Source: an uncultured bacterium (lineage in GTDB: Bacteria; Oederibacteriota; PGYV01; CAWJRG01). Taken from it: 64,000 nucleotides of DNA. The notes below the pieces were generated by a model that was given only the letters and a program-made list of their open reading frames with translations, was not told the origin of the DNA and did not search any database. Made by a program: the position numbers and the translations under genes. Position 1 is the stretch's first letter, and each line of letters opens with the position of its first letter. Positions 19,062-32,974 of this stretch are shown in pieces. Where the stretch lies: the NCBI GenBank assembly GCA_963845185.1, contig CAWJRG010000010.1, forward strand, positions 768,001 through 832,000, read 5' to 3'.

Positions 19062-21512
19062 TGGCAGACACGCCCGTAAGAAATATTCTACAGGTCCCTA
19101 TAGAAGAAGAAATGAGGGTTTCGTACCTTGATTATTCAATGAGTGTAATAGTAGGACGGGCTTTGCCTGTAATAACCGACGGCTTTAAACCTGTCCATCG
19201 CCGGATAATATACACGATGTATGATATGGGGCTTTATCATTCAAAGCCTTACAGGAAATCGGCTAAAGTTGTCGGTGAGGTGATGGGAAATTATCATCCG
19301 CATGGTGATGTGGCAATTTATGAAACCATGGTTAGGATGGCCCAGGATTTTTCATTCAGGATGCCGCTTGTAGAAGGACAGGGAAATTTTGGATCGGTTG
19401 ACGGAGACCCGCCGGCCGCTATGCGATATACAGAAGTAAGGATGCAAAGGATAACCGAAGAAATTATAGCCGACCTTGACAAAGATACTGTTGATTTTGT
19501 GCCGAACTATGATGAGACGCGCAAGGAGCCTGTTGTATTGCCTGTAAAATTCCCGCAGCTTTTAGTCAATGGCTCTTCAGGTATCGCGGTCGGCATGGCG
19601 ACAAATATTCCCCCGCATAATTTAGGCGAAGTTATCGACGCAACAATTTATGTAATAAACAATAAAGACGCCGATATTGACGATATTTCAAAAATAATAC
19701 AGGGGCCGGATTTTCCTACGGGTGCTTTTATAATTGGAAAAGACGGGATAAAACAGGCTTACAAAACAGGCAGAGGTTCCATTACAATTCAGGCAAAAGT
19801 AAAAATTGAGGAGTCAAAAAAAGGCAGACAACAGATAATTATCACAGAGTTGCCTTATATGACAAATAAGGCGCAGATGCTTGAGCATATTTCGGATCTT
19901 GTCAGGGAAAAGAAAATCGAGGGCATAACTGATTTAAGGGATGAATCAGACAGGGAGGGAATGAGGGCAGTAATAGAAGTAGGAAGAAACGACAACCCGG
20001 AAATTGTCCTTAACCAGCTTTATAAGCATACTTCACTCAAGACAACTTTTGGAATAATATCCCTTGCATTGATTAACGGCAGGCCGAAAATTTTAAATAT
20101 AAAGGAATTCTTGGACAGCTTCATCCAGTTTAGGAAAGAAGTGATAATAAGAAGAACAAAGTTCAGAGCTTGATAAAGCGGAAAAAAGAGCGCACATACT
20201 TGAAGGATTGAAAATAGCACTTAAATACCTTGACAGGGTAATAAAATTAATCAGGGCTTCAAAAAATGCTGAAGAAGCGAAAAACGGCTTGATGAAAACT
20301 TTTAAGCTTACTGACGTACAGGCGCAGGCAATACTCGATATGAGGCTGCAGCAACTTACCTCGCTTGAAATAGAAAAAATAGAGGAAGAATACAAGGAGC
20401 TGATTAAGTTAATAGAAAAACTCAAAATGCTCCTTGCTAGTGAAAGGAAAATTCTAGATTTGATAGTAGACGAGTTAAATGAGGTCAAAACTAAATATGC
20501 AGATCCGAGAAGGACACAGATAATTGCGAGGGAAAAAGAAATAACAATGGAAGATTTAATACAGGATGAAGATATGGTTATAGCGATAACTCACAACGGG
20601 TACATCAAACGACAGCCGGTTTCGGCATATAAAGCGCAAAAAAGAGGCGGTAGAGGCGTAATAGCCATGACTACAAAAGAAGAGGATTTTGTAGAAGATA
20701 TTTATATTTCCAATACGCATGATTATATCATGTTTTTCACGTCAACAGGCCGCTGCCACTGGATTAAAGTTTACGAAATACCTGAAGCCAGCAGGCAGTC
20801 CCAGGGCAAAGCAATAATAAATCTTTTAAAACTTGAAGAAGACGAGAAAATAACTGCTTATGTCTCAGTAAAGGAATTTAGGGAAGATACAAATCTTATA
20901 ATGGTAACAGAAAAAGGACTGATTAAAAGGACTAATTTATCATTATTTTCAAAACCAAGGGCTGGAGGCATAATTGCCATAAGTCTTAATAAAGATGATA
21001 GTTTAATAGAAGCTAAAATTGCAACTGAAAAAGACGAGGTGTTTTTGGCTACGCATGAGGGAAAAGCTATAAGATTTGCGGTAAAAGATATTAGAGAAAT
21101 AGGAAGGTCAGGTATGGGTGTGAAAGGAATTAAGCTTAACAAAACAGACAAAGTAGTGAGTACGGCAATACTGCCGGCGGGCGCAAAAGATATAACTCTT
21201 CTTACCGTTACTGAAAAGGGATTCGGAAAGAGGACTAAAATTACCGAATATAGGCAGCAGAGCAGAGGCGGTAAAGGTCTTATTAACGTAAAAGTTACGG
21301 ACAAAACAGGTGAAGTCGTAAATATTAAGGCGGCGAATGATAGCGATGAACTTATGCTTATTACTACAAAAGGCACATTGATTAGGACTAAAATAAAGGA
21401 TATTAAAACGATAGGAAGAAATACCCAGGGAGTAAGACTGATTAAACTTAAAGAGAGCGAAAAAGTAAGTGCAGTTGCGAGGGTAATAGACGAGGAAAGC
21501 CAGGAAGAATAA
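19061..21512 (+). pseudogene. gyrA: DNA gyrase subunit A, split by a single-base insertion near 20165 (probably an artefact; intact if corrected)
   Basis: 5' ORF has [22 protein letters not shown]; 3' ORF has GyrA-box QKRGGRG and pinwheel repeats; removing A20165 gives continuous [20 protein letters not shown]. Confidence 0.93.
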
Positions 21513-21534
21513 ATTCCTGAAGGAGGATTTTTTA

Positions 21535-24060
21535 ATGAAGCGGTCAACGCTTGCGTTTTGGACATTGTTTATAGCCATTGTTATTTTTTTTGGAGCGCCT
21601 TTTAGCCTGTTATATTATTTTGATTCCGAAAGAGTCAAGCAGCTTACTGAACAGGAAAAAAGAATTGTCTACAGTGAAAACGAAAAAAATATTTCAATAA
21701 TTAAAAATCAAATAACCGAAAATTTGAATAAAATAAATTTAATAGTCAATTCTCTTTCACCTGTGGAAATATCAAAAAAATATTCGTTTATAACAGAAAA
21801 CAGAATAATACAAAATTACAGTTATTCTCAAAAGAAAACTCTGCAGGCAATAACAAAAGAGTTTTCATCAAAAACAGGCGGAATAGAAGACGATGTTGCG
21901 CTTTTATCGGTAAATGGTAGAGTATATGAGGCGAACAAACCGGCTTTGAAAAATGTAGATTTTATTAGCAACCAGAAACGGATTCAAACAGCTTCTTCTA
22001 AAAAGGCTATGGAGGAAATTAGCTTTAGCAGCGGCACTGCCGAATATTTTATACCATTAACAGACACAAAAGACAGATTTGTTTCTATTTTATATTTGAA
22101 AGAAAATATTACATCAAAAGTGGAAGAGGCAAGAAACAGTACCCTTACAAAACATGCATATAATTTTGTGATAGATTCTACAGGCAGAGTTATTTTACAT
22201 ACCGAAAAGCAGAAAGAAAACAATGAAAATATTACTAATATTCCAGATTTGAAAGATATCATAAGCGGCGGTACTTCAGAAGATAATATTAGGGAAGCCA
22301 ATTATAATAATTTGCACGGCTTAATAGGCTATGAAAAAAATAAGTTATTGAATAATCTAATAACGTGTGTTTTTGTTCCGTATTCGGATTACAGTTTTTA
22401 TAAGAGGGGAGGCTCCAAATATCAATCGATTTTATATGATTATACAATACTCGCGGGACTGGGCTGTGCATTGTTTTTAGGAGTTATTTTAATACTAACA
22501 ATAAGCGCTGGGCCGTATAAACCATTAAGGAGAATAGTAAAAGCACTTACACATATAGACGAGGAAGGTTTTACTGAGCTTTTGCCAAAAGCGAAAAAAG
22601 GCAATTATAAAAAATTATCCGACTCGCTTTTAATACTGCGAGGCAGAGTGAAAGCAGCCGAGGAAAAAACAGAAAAACTTGCGCATATGTCAAAAGAGTT
22701 AGAGGAAGAACTTTCAAAGGAAGCTTCACATTCGGACAAGGAAGTTTCAGCGCTTCGTGATACTATAAAAGTTCTTGAAAATACAAAAACAACACAGGAA
22801 GACGAGCTTTTAAAATTAAAACAGGAAAGTGAAAAAGTCAAAAAACTAGAAAAATCACTTTTTGATTCAAAGGAGAATACTTATAAGGATAAAATTAACA
22901 GTTTGGAAAAAGAATTAAACAGCGCAAAAGCGGAAATTAAAAAGGCACAGGAATTAAAAATCCCTGCAGAAAAAGAAAATATGCGCATGGAATCAATACT
23001 TATGATGAATACCGAATTAAAAGGCGTACTTTCAGTTATTAAAACATATATTTCTTCTGTTTTGGGCGGTGAAGGAAAAATAACGGACGCGCAACAGCAG
23101 TTTTTAGGTGTTGTTATTAATAAATCCGCAAGACTGGAAAGATTGATTAATGATTTGACGGAACTTGCACGCCTTGAAAAAGGTGAGGTAAAATTAACAA
23201 ACCAGCCCATGGATATAAATACTATAATACAGGATACTATATTTGCGATACAGCCCCAGGCAGATATTAAAAAAGTAGAATTAAAAGTTAATTTTTCTCC
23301 AACATTGCCCTCAGTTAATGGAGATTCGGCCAGGGTGTCAAATACTATAACCCAGCTTATTACGCAGGCAATTAAAGTATCGCCTAGAGGAGGGCAGGTT
23401 ATAATTCTGACAAAGGAAGAAAAAGGTAATGTATATGTCAGGATAACCGATTTCGGCATGAGCCTGCCTGCAGCCAAAGCAAATGCGCTTTTTATAAATT
23501 TTCACGGTACAGACTCATCGGCTGGACCGGAATTCGTAAATTCAGGCCTGCGGTTTCCAATAATAAAGGCTTTATTGAATAATATGAACGGTGATATATG
23601 GATTGAGTCGGAAATAGGAAAAGGAAAAACTTTTGTTATAGCTTTTATTAAAACAGGTGGGGTTGGCGTCAATCCTTTTATAAAAACAACTGCCGTGGCA
23701 TCAGATACATTCAAGCCTGCCGCAGTGCCAAAAATTGAACCGGCAAAACCTACAATACAGCCGCCTGCCTCGGGAATCAAAATACAAAGAAATGTAATGT
23801 CTGATATAATGGCAAGCAAAATAGAGCCTGAATCTTCTAAAAAAGAGGAAAAGGCCGTAACTCTTGGTGATCTGTTATCTTTTGACGATAAAGACATTGA
23901 TAAAAAGGTGAAATTGCCTGGTAAAGATGTGCAGATTCCACCGGATTTATTAAAGGATACAAAAGTATCTGAGAAAAAATCCAAGGCTGTTTCGCTCCCG
24001 GATGAATTACCGCCGCTTCCAAATATAGAACTAGAAGATGATAAAGGAACAATTACATAA
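21535..24060 (+). CDS. Cache-domain membrane histidine-kinase-like protein with degenerate catalytic motifs
   Basis: TM-Cache-TM-HAMP-coiled coil-HisKA/HATPase architecture; H, N and G boxes altered; Pro/Lys-rich tail. Confidence 0.8.
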   Translation: MKRSTLAFWTLFIAIVIFFGAPFSLLYYFDSERVKQLTEQEKRIVYSENEKNISIIKNQITENLNKINLIVNSLSPVEISKKYSFITENRIIQNYSYSQKKTLQAITKEFSSKTGGIEDDVALLSVNGRVYEANKPALKNVDFISNQKRIQTASSKKAMEEISFSSGTAEYFIPLTDTKDRFVSILYLKENITSKVEEARNSTLTKHAYNFVIDSTGRVILHTEKQKENNENITNIPDLKDIISGGTSEDNIREANYNNLHGLIGYEKNKLLNNLITCVFVPYSDYSFYKRGGSKYQSILYDYTILAGLGCALFLGVILILTISAGPYKPLRRIVKALTHIDEEGFTELLPKAKKGNYKKLSDSLLILRGRVKAAEEKTEKLAHMSKELEEELSKEASHSDKEVSALRDTIKVLENTKTTQEDELLKLKQESEKVKKLEKSLFDSKENTYKDKINSLEKELNSAKAEIKKAQELKIPAEKENMRMESILMMNTELKGVLSVIKTYISSVLGGEGKITDAQQQFLGVVINKSARLERLINDLTELARLEKGEVKLTNQPMDINTIIQDTIFAIQPQADIKKVELKVNFSPTLPSVNGDSARVSNTITQLITQAIKVSPRGGQVIILTKEEKGNVYVRITDFGMSLPAAKANALFINFHGTDSSAGPEFVNSGLRFPIIKALLNNMNGDIWIESEIGKGKTFVIAFIKTGGVGVNPFIKTTAVASDTFKPAAVPKIEPAKPTIQPPASGIKIQRNVMSDIMASKIEPESSKKEEKAVTLGDLLSFDDKDIDKKVKLPGKDVQIPPDLLKDTKVSEKKSKAVSLPDELPPLPNIELEDDKGTIT

Positions 24061-25452
24061 TTGCAGGTGATTTTATTGAAACGATACGTTACATTAATCT
24101 TTATTATAACCTGCCTATACTCATTTTCATTTTCAGAAGTAAACGTCAGTGGAACTATTGATAAAATTGAGAATTGGACGACTCAGAATTCTCCATATAT
24201 AATAAATGATGAATTAACAATAAAAGAAAAAGGTTTTATTACTATTTATCCAGGTACTGAGGTTAAGTTTGAAAAAAAGGGAAGAATAATAGTTCAAGGA
24301 CGTCTATATGCAAAAGGGACCATACAAGCGCCAGTAAGGTTTGTATCGTCAGATGGAGAAAGTTTTTACGACGGTATAAGATATGAGAGTAAGTATAAAA
24401 ACGTTATGGAATATGCCATAATGATTCGCGGTGCCATAGTCACCGAGGGAACTTCGTTAACAATGAACAACTGTTATATTTTGAATTCAACAGGAGTTGA
24501 AATTTTGGATTTTTCAAATGTTATTTTAAAAAACAACTATTTTTATGAAAATACATACGGATTATACATAGAAGGCCAAAAAATAAGCTGTACTGCAAAC
24601 GGAAATACTTTCAATAAGTGCCGATATGGTTTATATTTAAAGGACCCATATAAAGGGGAAATAAAGGGTAACAATTTTTTTGATTCCTCATACGTGAACG
24701 TTATAAATTATACATCTTACCCAATTAATTGCAAAAATAACTATTGGGGTTTTAAAACAGAAAAAGACATATCGAAAACTATTGCTGATAAAACTAAGGA
24801 TAAAAATTTTGGATTGATTGTTTTCAAGCCTTTTGAAAAAAAACAACTTGCGTTGTTCATGCCGCCTCCTTCATTCGCTTCGCTTGTCAGGATTTATTTA
24901 AACGTACCTAAAAGAGAGGAGGAAATACGCCATATAGGTCTGAGCGCTGGTATGTCTTTTTTTATGCCTATTACGCCGGAAAGTCTGCAGAAAGAATCTT
25001 ATTATGGCTTAGGTTTTGACGCTGAATTTGTGTCAACAATTGCAGGGCCTTTTATGCTTGGAATTGAAGCCAAGTCACTAGGACTTGACAACCAGAATAA
25101 ATCGCTTTATAACTATCAATACAGCGCAACAAACCTTTTTTTTAATCTTTATGGCTATATGGGATACAAAAAAGATGTTTTTCTTCTTCCTTATGTAAAA
25201 TTTGGTAATGGCTTATCAATTATATCTGAACAATACAAATATTTTTTAACAGGTGAGACCAAAAAAAATAATAATATGTATTATATTGTATATGGAGGCG
25301 TAGGCATGGAATTTTTTGCGGAAAAATTTTTGTCAATAAGTCTTAATGCCGGCTATAACTATTCACCGGCAAATAACGGCGGGCTTTCAAATATAACAAC
25401 AGATTTACTAGCGAAAATATATTTTAGCACGCCATTTTTTTTAAACGAATAA
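24061..25452 (+). CDS. Secreted parallel beta-helix protein with C-terminal outer-membrane beta-barrel-like domain
   Basis: WT..NSPYII start, NNYF..N.YG repeats, NNYWG; amphipathic Tyr/Gly-rich C-terminal strands. Confidence 0.65.
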   Translation: MQVILLKRYVTLIFIITCLYSFSFSEVNVSGTIDKIENWTTQNSPYIINDELTIKEKGFITIYPGTEVKFEKKGRIIVQGRLYAKGTIQAPVRFVSSDGESFYDGIRYESKYKNVMEYAIMIRGAIVTEGTSLTMNNCYILNSTGVEILDFSNVILKNNYFYENTYGLYIEGQKISCTANGNTFNKCRYGLYLKDPYKGEIKGNNFFDSSYVNVINYTSYPINCKNNYWGFKTEKDISKTIADKTKDKNFGLIVFKPFEKKQLALFMPPPSFASLVRIYLNVPKREEEIRHIGLSAGMSFFMPITPESLQKESYYGLGFDAEFVSTIAGPFMLGIEAKSLGLDNQNKSLYNYQYSATNLFFNLYGYMGYKKDVFLLPYVKFGNGLSIISEQYKYFLTGETKKNNNMYYIVYGGVGMEFFAEKFLSISLNAGYNYSPANNGGLSNITTDLLAKIYFSTPFFLNE

Positions 25453-25456
25453 GGCA

Positions 25457-25741
25457 ATGCAACATATAAAAGAATTTGTTGAAAAATTCCTAAAAAAGGC
25501 ACATATAGGAGAACAAAGGGAAGAAGATTTTATATTTAATAATTGGTCAAATATAGTAGACAGAGATTTGGCGGAAAACGTTGAACCATATAAATTTTTA
25601 GAAGGAAAACTGTACTTGTACGTGAAAAACAGCGTTATGATGAATGAATTGACATATAAGAAAAAAGATATTAAAATAGTGATTAACAATATTTTCAGGG
25701 AAGAAAAAATTAAAGATATAATTTTAAAAATCAAACAATAG
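25457..25741 (+). CDS. dciA: DUF721 / DciA helicase loader-like protein
   Basis: W..IV...LAE...P......LYLYV.NSV...EL pattern; directly upstream of gyrB. Confidence 0.75.
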   Translation: MQHIKEFVEKFLKKAHIGEQREEDFIFNNWSNIVDRDLAENVEPYKFLEGKLYLYVKNSVMMNELTYKKKDIKIVINNIFREEKIKDIILKIKQ

Positions 25742-25812
25742 TTATTAAATTCGGTAGACTTCATCATTAATATAACATCCGAAAGGATTTGAGCCAAAGC
25801 AGGAGGATATAA

Positions 25813-28446
<2,634 letters not shown>

Positions 28447-28457
28447 TTGTTAACACC

Positions 28458-29126
28458 ATGAAATTAACAAAAGATGAGATAATATTTTTTTTAAAGCAAA
28501 CTCCAATTTTTTCAGATGTTTCAACAAAGGGAATTAAACTTATAGCTGCCAATGTGGAAGAAAATATTTTCAGAAAAGGGCAGATTATATTTAATGAAGG
28601 TGAAAAAGGCTCTAATTTTTACATAATAAATAAAGGCATAGTAAAAATTGTAAAGTGGTCAAAGCAAGGAAGAAATAAAACCCTAGCAATCCTTAAAGAA
28701 AAAGATAATTTTGGTGAAATGGCGATCTTAACAAACGAAGGTAGATCTGCAACCGTCGAGGCTTTAACAGAGGTTACTGCTTTAAGCATCAGCGGTATCA
28801 AATTCGAGCAACTTATAAGACAGGAGCCTTCAATTTCTTTACAGATAATAAAAACTTTGTCAGGTAGGCTTGCAAAGGCAGACAGGCACATTAAAAATCT
28901 TGCCCTTGGTAATGCAAGATCTAGAGTGGCTAATATTCTGCTGGATTTTAAAGGCGACTTTGATAAAATAAAATTAACCCATCAAGAAATGGCTGCTCTT
29001 GCAGGTATTACCAGGGAAACGACAACTCGTATATTAAAACAAATGCAAAGCGATAAAATTATTCATACAAACAACAGGCAGATTAAAATTGAAAATCTGG
29101 AGAAACTGGAAGAAATTGCTTTATAA
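28458..29126 (+). CDS. Crp/Fnr-family regulator
   Basis: FGEMAIL..RSATV cNMP pocket; THQEMAALAGITRETTTR HTH. Confidence 0.92.
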   Translation: MKLTKDEIIFFLKQTPIFSDVSTKGIKLIAANVEENIFRKGQIIFNEGEKGSNFYIINKGIVKIVKWSKQGRNKTLAILKEKDNFGEMAILTNEGRSATVEALTEVTALSISGIKFEQLIRQEPSISLQIIKTLSGRLAKADRHIKNLALGNARSRVANILLDFKGDFDKIKLTHQEMAALAGITRETTTRILKQMQSDKIIHTNNRQIKIENLEKLEEIAL

Positions 29127-29182
29127 AGCTAAAGTTATAAATTAGTTACTACACATTTAAATAAAGTCGGTACAGGTGAAAA

Positions 29183-29851
29183 TTGAAGATAAAAGTTAAA
29201 AAAATAGATTTTAAAGGAGCAATTTTTGATGTTGATGGTGTTATTATTGATACTGCACACATACATCATAAATCATGGGAAAAGGTTCTGAAAAAGCATA
29301 ATATTGATTTTTCATTTCAAGAATTTAAAAATAAAATAGACGGAAAACCGCGTTCGAAAGGTGCGAAAACAATATTACCTAACCTAAGTGATTCCAAAAT
29401 TGAAAAAATTTGCAGTGAAAAACAAATGCATTTTATAAAATTTCTTGAAAATTCAAAAATAATAGTATTTAAAAGTACAGTTAATTTTATAAAGAAACTT
29501 AAAAGAGCCGGTATAAAAATCGCTATGGCTTCGTCAAGTAAAAATGCAAAGCCTATTTTAAAAAAGATAAAACTATATTCTTTGTTTGATGCCGAAGTTG
29601 AAGGGGCAAATCTTAAACACGGAAAACCGCATCCGGAAATATTTCTGAAGGCGTCTAAAAAATTAAAATTGAAACCCGAAGAATGTTTAGTTTTTGAAGA
29701 CGCGCAAATAGGAATAGACGCAGCGATAAGAGCAAAAATGAAGTGTGTTGCCATCAACAGGGATGATTCATATGTCATAAAAGGTGCGGACATACTAATA
29801 AAAGACCTTAAAGATTTAACCTTAAAGAAAATAAATAATTTGTTTAAATAA
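29183..29851 (+). CDS. HAD hydrolase, beta-phosphoglucomutase family
   Basis: FDVDGVIIDT, ASSSKNA, GKPHPEIF, VFEDA. Confidence 0.85.
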   Translation: MKIKVKKIDFKGAIFDVDGVIIDTAHIHHKSWEKVLKKHNIDFSFQEFKNKIDGKPRSKGAKTILPNLSDSKIEKICSEKQMHFIKFLENSKIIVFKSTVNFIKKLKRAGIKIAMASSSKNAKPILKKIKLYSLFDAEVEGANLKHGKPHPEIFLKASKKLKLKPEECLVFEDAQIGIDAAIRAKMKCVAINRDDSYVIKGADILIKDLKDLTLKKINNLFK

Positions 29852-30010
29852 CGGTATCATTTTAAAGTTGTATTGTGTTAGTCATTAAATAATTTAACTG
29901 ACTATTTAAATTTTACAAACTTTAGATTTAAAAGTTGTAAGTCGATTTAATATTGTAATTTTTTGTATGTTTTATCGAAAACAGTAACAAAGGAAAGGGA
30001 AATATTTTTT

Positions 30011-31077
30011 ATGCAAAATAAATTAGATATGCCGATAAAAAGAATTTTTTTAATTAGCTTAATAATAGGTATTTTAATCGCTTTCGTATATGAACCTTTA
30101 TATTTTATAATTTCAGATTTTTTTCAAAAGAAAATCAATGTTTCACCATGGCAGGAAATTGCTTCTTCAGCATTATTGGTATTTTTTATCTCGGACTTTC
30201 AGTTTATTTTATAATAACTTTGACGTTAGGAATCTTTTCAAAACATATTTTAAATTATTTAGTAAAAGAATTAAGATATAAAGAACTTTTACCTCCCACC
30301 TTCAGCATAGAAAAGAAAAGAAGTTTCAAAGAAGCATATAAAGATATAATAAATATATTTGATGTTTTTATCCGCAATTTTATTCTTGTAAAACAGGATA
30401 AAGATAAATTTGCAAAAACAGTAGAAACATATCTTGACCCATCTCTTACTCAGCAAATCTATGACAGAAATATAAATGAAATTTACTTGGGTAGCAAGAA
30501 AAAAACAGCAACCATATTTTTTTCAGATCTTCGTGGATTTACGGCTTTAACAGAAAGCTTGGATCCGAACAAAATTATAAAAATATTAAACCAGTATTTT
30601 TCATGCGCTACAAAAATAATAGACAACAATAAAGGAAAGGTAAATAAATTTATAGGTGATGCGGTTTTAGCTGTTTTCGAAGAAGCCCCAAAATATATGA
30701 ATTATATAGAAGCGGATAAAGCTATAATAGCGGCACTTGATATCCAGACAAATTTTAAGATTTTAATGAAAAAGTGGCGCGATGAAATAGATCCATTATT
30801 AAACCTTGGATTAGGAATAGGTATTGCAAGAGGAGAAATTATCGTCGGAAATATAGGTTCCGAAGAAAGAATGGAATATGCAGTAATAGGAGATACTGTA
30901 AATTTTGCAAGCAGACTTTGTGACATTGCTAAAGACGGGCAGGTTATTATAAGCGATTATATTTATAAGTTACTTGAAAACGATCTTGAAGTTGATGTTT
31001 TACCTGCAACCACCGTCAAAGGTAAATCAGGGATGTATGATATTTATTCGGTAAAAACTAGAAAAATGATAGTATGA
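30011..31077 (+). pseudogene. Membrane class III adenylate/guanylate cyclase, frameshifted at or near T6 run 30182-30187
   Basis: Upstream ORF has RBS and TM helices; downstream frame has FSDLRGFT, NKFIGD, EYAVIGDTVNFASRL; one extra T joins the frames. Confidence 0.75.
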
Positions 31078-31108
31078 AAAATAATACATCCCTATGAAAT
31101 GAATAAAT

Positions 31109-32974
31109 ATGGAACAAAATAAGCGATTAAACATAATAAAATATAATATAATTGTGGCGCTCGCTGGCGGAATTAATGGAATGCTTGCCTTCGCTATATT
31201 CAAGCATGCAAATGATCGAACCATGTCTTTGACTTTATACAGAAACGATTATATTTGCTTGTTTTTATGCATTTTAATCTTTATTATTATGCATACTGTT
31301 TTATGGGCAGGGATAAGCATTTTTTTTATAAAATTTTTTAAATTAAGTCCTGAAAAAGAATTTAAAAAAAATACTTATATATTTGCCATACCTTTTTTAC
31401 TGATAATGGCATTACCTATTTTGGTAAAATATTACTCAAAACTAGTTGCTTTAAATTTGAAGGTACTTGGTGCTGTCTATATGCCATGGGGAGGATTCAT
31501 TCATTTTAACCCTGCAGGTTATTTTTTACTGATATTGTTTGGATTTATTATCATTACAATATTATTCATTTTTATTTTAAGATTTGTTGTACAAATGTAT
31601 TATAATGATTTTCATAAGCCAAACACGGCAAAAATACTTTTAGTCAGTACTTTTATATTTTATACCTTAACTACTACATATATCACATTTATATATCCGC
31701 CGACAGCAGATGAACCTCATTATCTTATCATAGCACAAAGTCTTATTAATGATTTTGATGTAAACCTTGAAAATAATTATATTACAGACAAAACATACAG
31801 AGCTTTTTATCCAGGAGAACTTGAATATCAAAATATACACAATACGCATGATAAAAACGGAAAAGGCATTTATTCAATGCATAGTATAGGTCTGCCTATA
31901 TTGATAGCCTTATTCTATAAAATAGGAGGAAGGGTTTTTGTTCAATTGTTGATGAATTTTTTTACAGCAGTATTAATATTGGTTTTTTATTTATTCCTAA
32001 AAAAAATAAATGTTAAAAATGAACTCGCATATTTATCAAGCATGTTAATTGCTTTAACCGTCCCAATTCTTACTAATTCCTCGCTTGTGCTCACAGAGAT
32101 ACCTGCCGCAATTATTATTTTATATTGTTTTTATGTTTTATATGAATATAAATTTTCCGATAATAACTTTAGTTTACTTCTTGTTTTTTTGGGTATTGCT
32201 TTTTTACCGTGGCTGCATTCTAAACTTGTGTTATTTTCTGTGATATTCTATTTTTATTACTATGTTAATATTATAAGATATAAAGATTTTAAATTAAAAA
32301 AGGAAATAACAAACAATTCAATAATTATAGTATCAGTATTGCTTTTTATCTATTTTTATTATTCAATTTATGGAAATTTTGCGCCTTTTGCACTTGTAAG
32401 CATTTGCACTAGCAGTTCATTTTATTTTATATTCAGCTTACAACATGCAATAAAGGCTTTTTTTGCAATATTGTTTGACAGAAGCTATGGAATTTTTACA
32501 TATAATATGTTTTATTTAATTATACTATGGGGAATAATGCTTTTCATAAAGCAAGGAAAAATAAGACAACTTATACCTTTTTTCTTAATTTTGCCTTATT
32601 TTTTTATGTTTTTGTTGTGGAATGACTGGGGCGGTTCAATCACCCCAATGCGTCAAATGATACCTATACTTCCTGTGGCTTCCTTATACGCAGTATACTT
32701 TTTACAAGAAAGCAATTTTATCAGAACGAGATTATTTAAATTTATTGTGGTATATTCTTTGTTTATTTCATATATTCTTATGGTTTTTCCCGTATTGAGA
32801 TACATGAGCAGCAAAGAAAAAATATACCATTTTTTTGACAAATATAATTTACTGTGGTTTTTACCTTCCTTTTATGATAATATAGGTTTAAAACATTTTA
32901 TAACAGTGATATATTTTATCATTATAATAGCGTTATTTTTTAAATACGTACCAAAGGAAAAAAATGAGAAATAA
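31109..32974 (+). CDS. Multi-pass GT-C-fold glycosyltransferase-like protein
   Basis: More than 12 TM segments; ADEPHY acidic motif in first large loop; coupled to a GT2 gene. Confidence 0.65.
   Translation: MEQNKRLNIIKYNIIVALAGGINGMLAFAIFKHANDRTMSLTLYRNDYICLFLCILIFIIMHTVLWAGISIFFIKFFKLSPEKEFKKNTYIFAIPFLLIMALPILVKYYSKLVALNLKVLGAVYMPWGGFIHFNPAGYFLLILFGFIIITILFIFILRFVVQMYYNDFHKPNTAKILLVSTFIFYTLTTTYITFIYPPTADEPHYLIIAQSLINDFDVNLENNYITDKTYRAFYPGELEYQNIHNTHDKNGKGIYSMHSIGLPILIALFYKIGGRVFVQLLMNFFTAVLILVFYLFLKKINVKNELAYLSSMLIALTVPILTNSSLVLTEIPAAIIILYCFYVLYEYKFSDNNFSLLLVFLGIAFLPWLHSKLVLFSVIFYFYYYVNIIRYKDFKLKKEITNNSIIIVSVLLFIYFYYSIYGNFAPFALVSICTSSSFYFIFSLQHAIKAFFAILFDRSYGIFTYNMFYLIILWGIMLFIKQGKIRQLIPFFLILPYFFMFLLWNDWGGSITPMRQMIPILPVASLYAVYFLQESNFIRTRLFKFIVVYSLFISYILMVFPVLRYMSSKEKIYHFFDKYNLLWFLPSFYDNIGLKHFITVIYFIIIIALFFKYVPKEKNEK

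Noticed and set aside
21513..21534. Hairpin after gyrA as a terminator
   Set aside because: Weak stem that coincides with the next gene's GGAGG RBS
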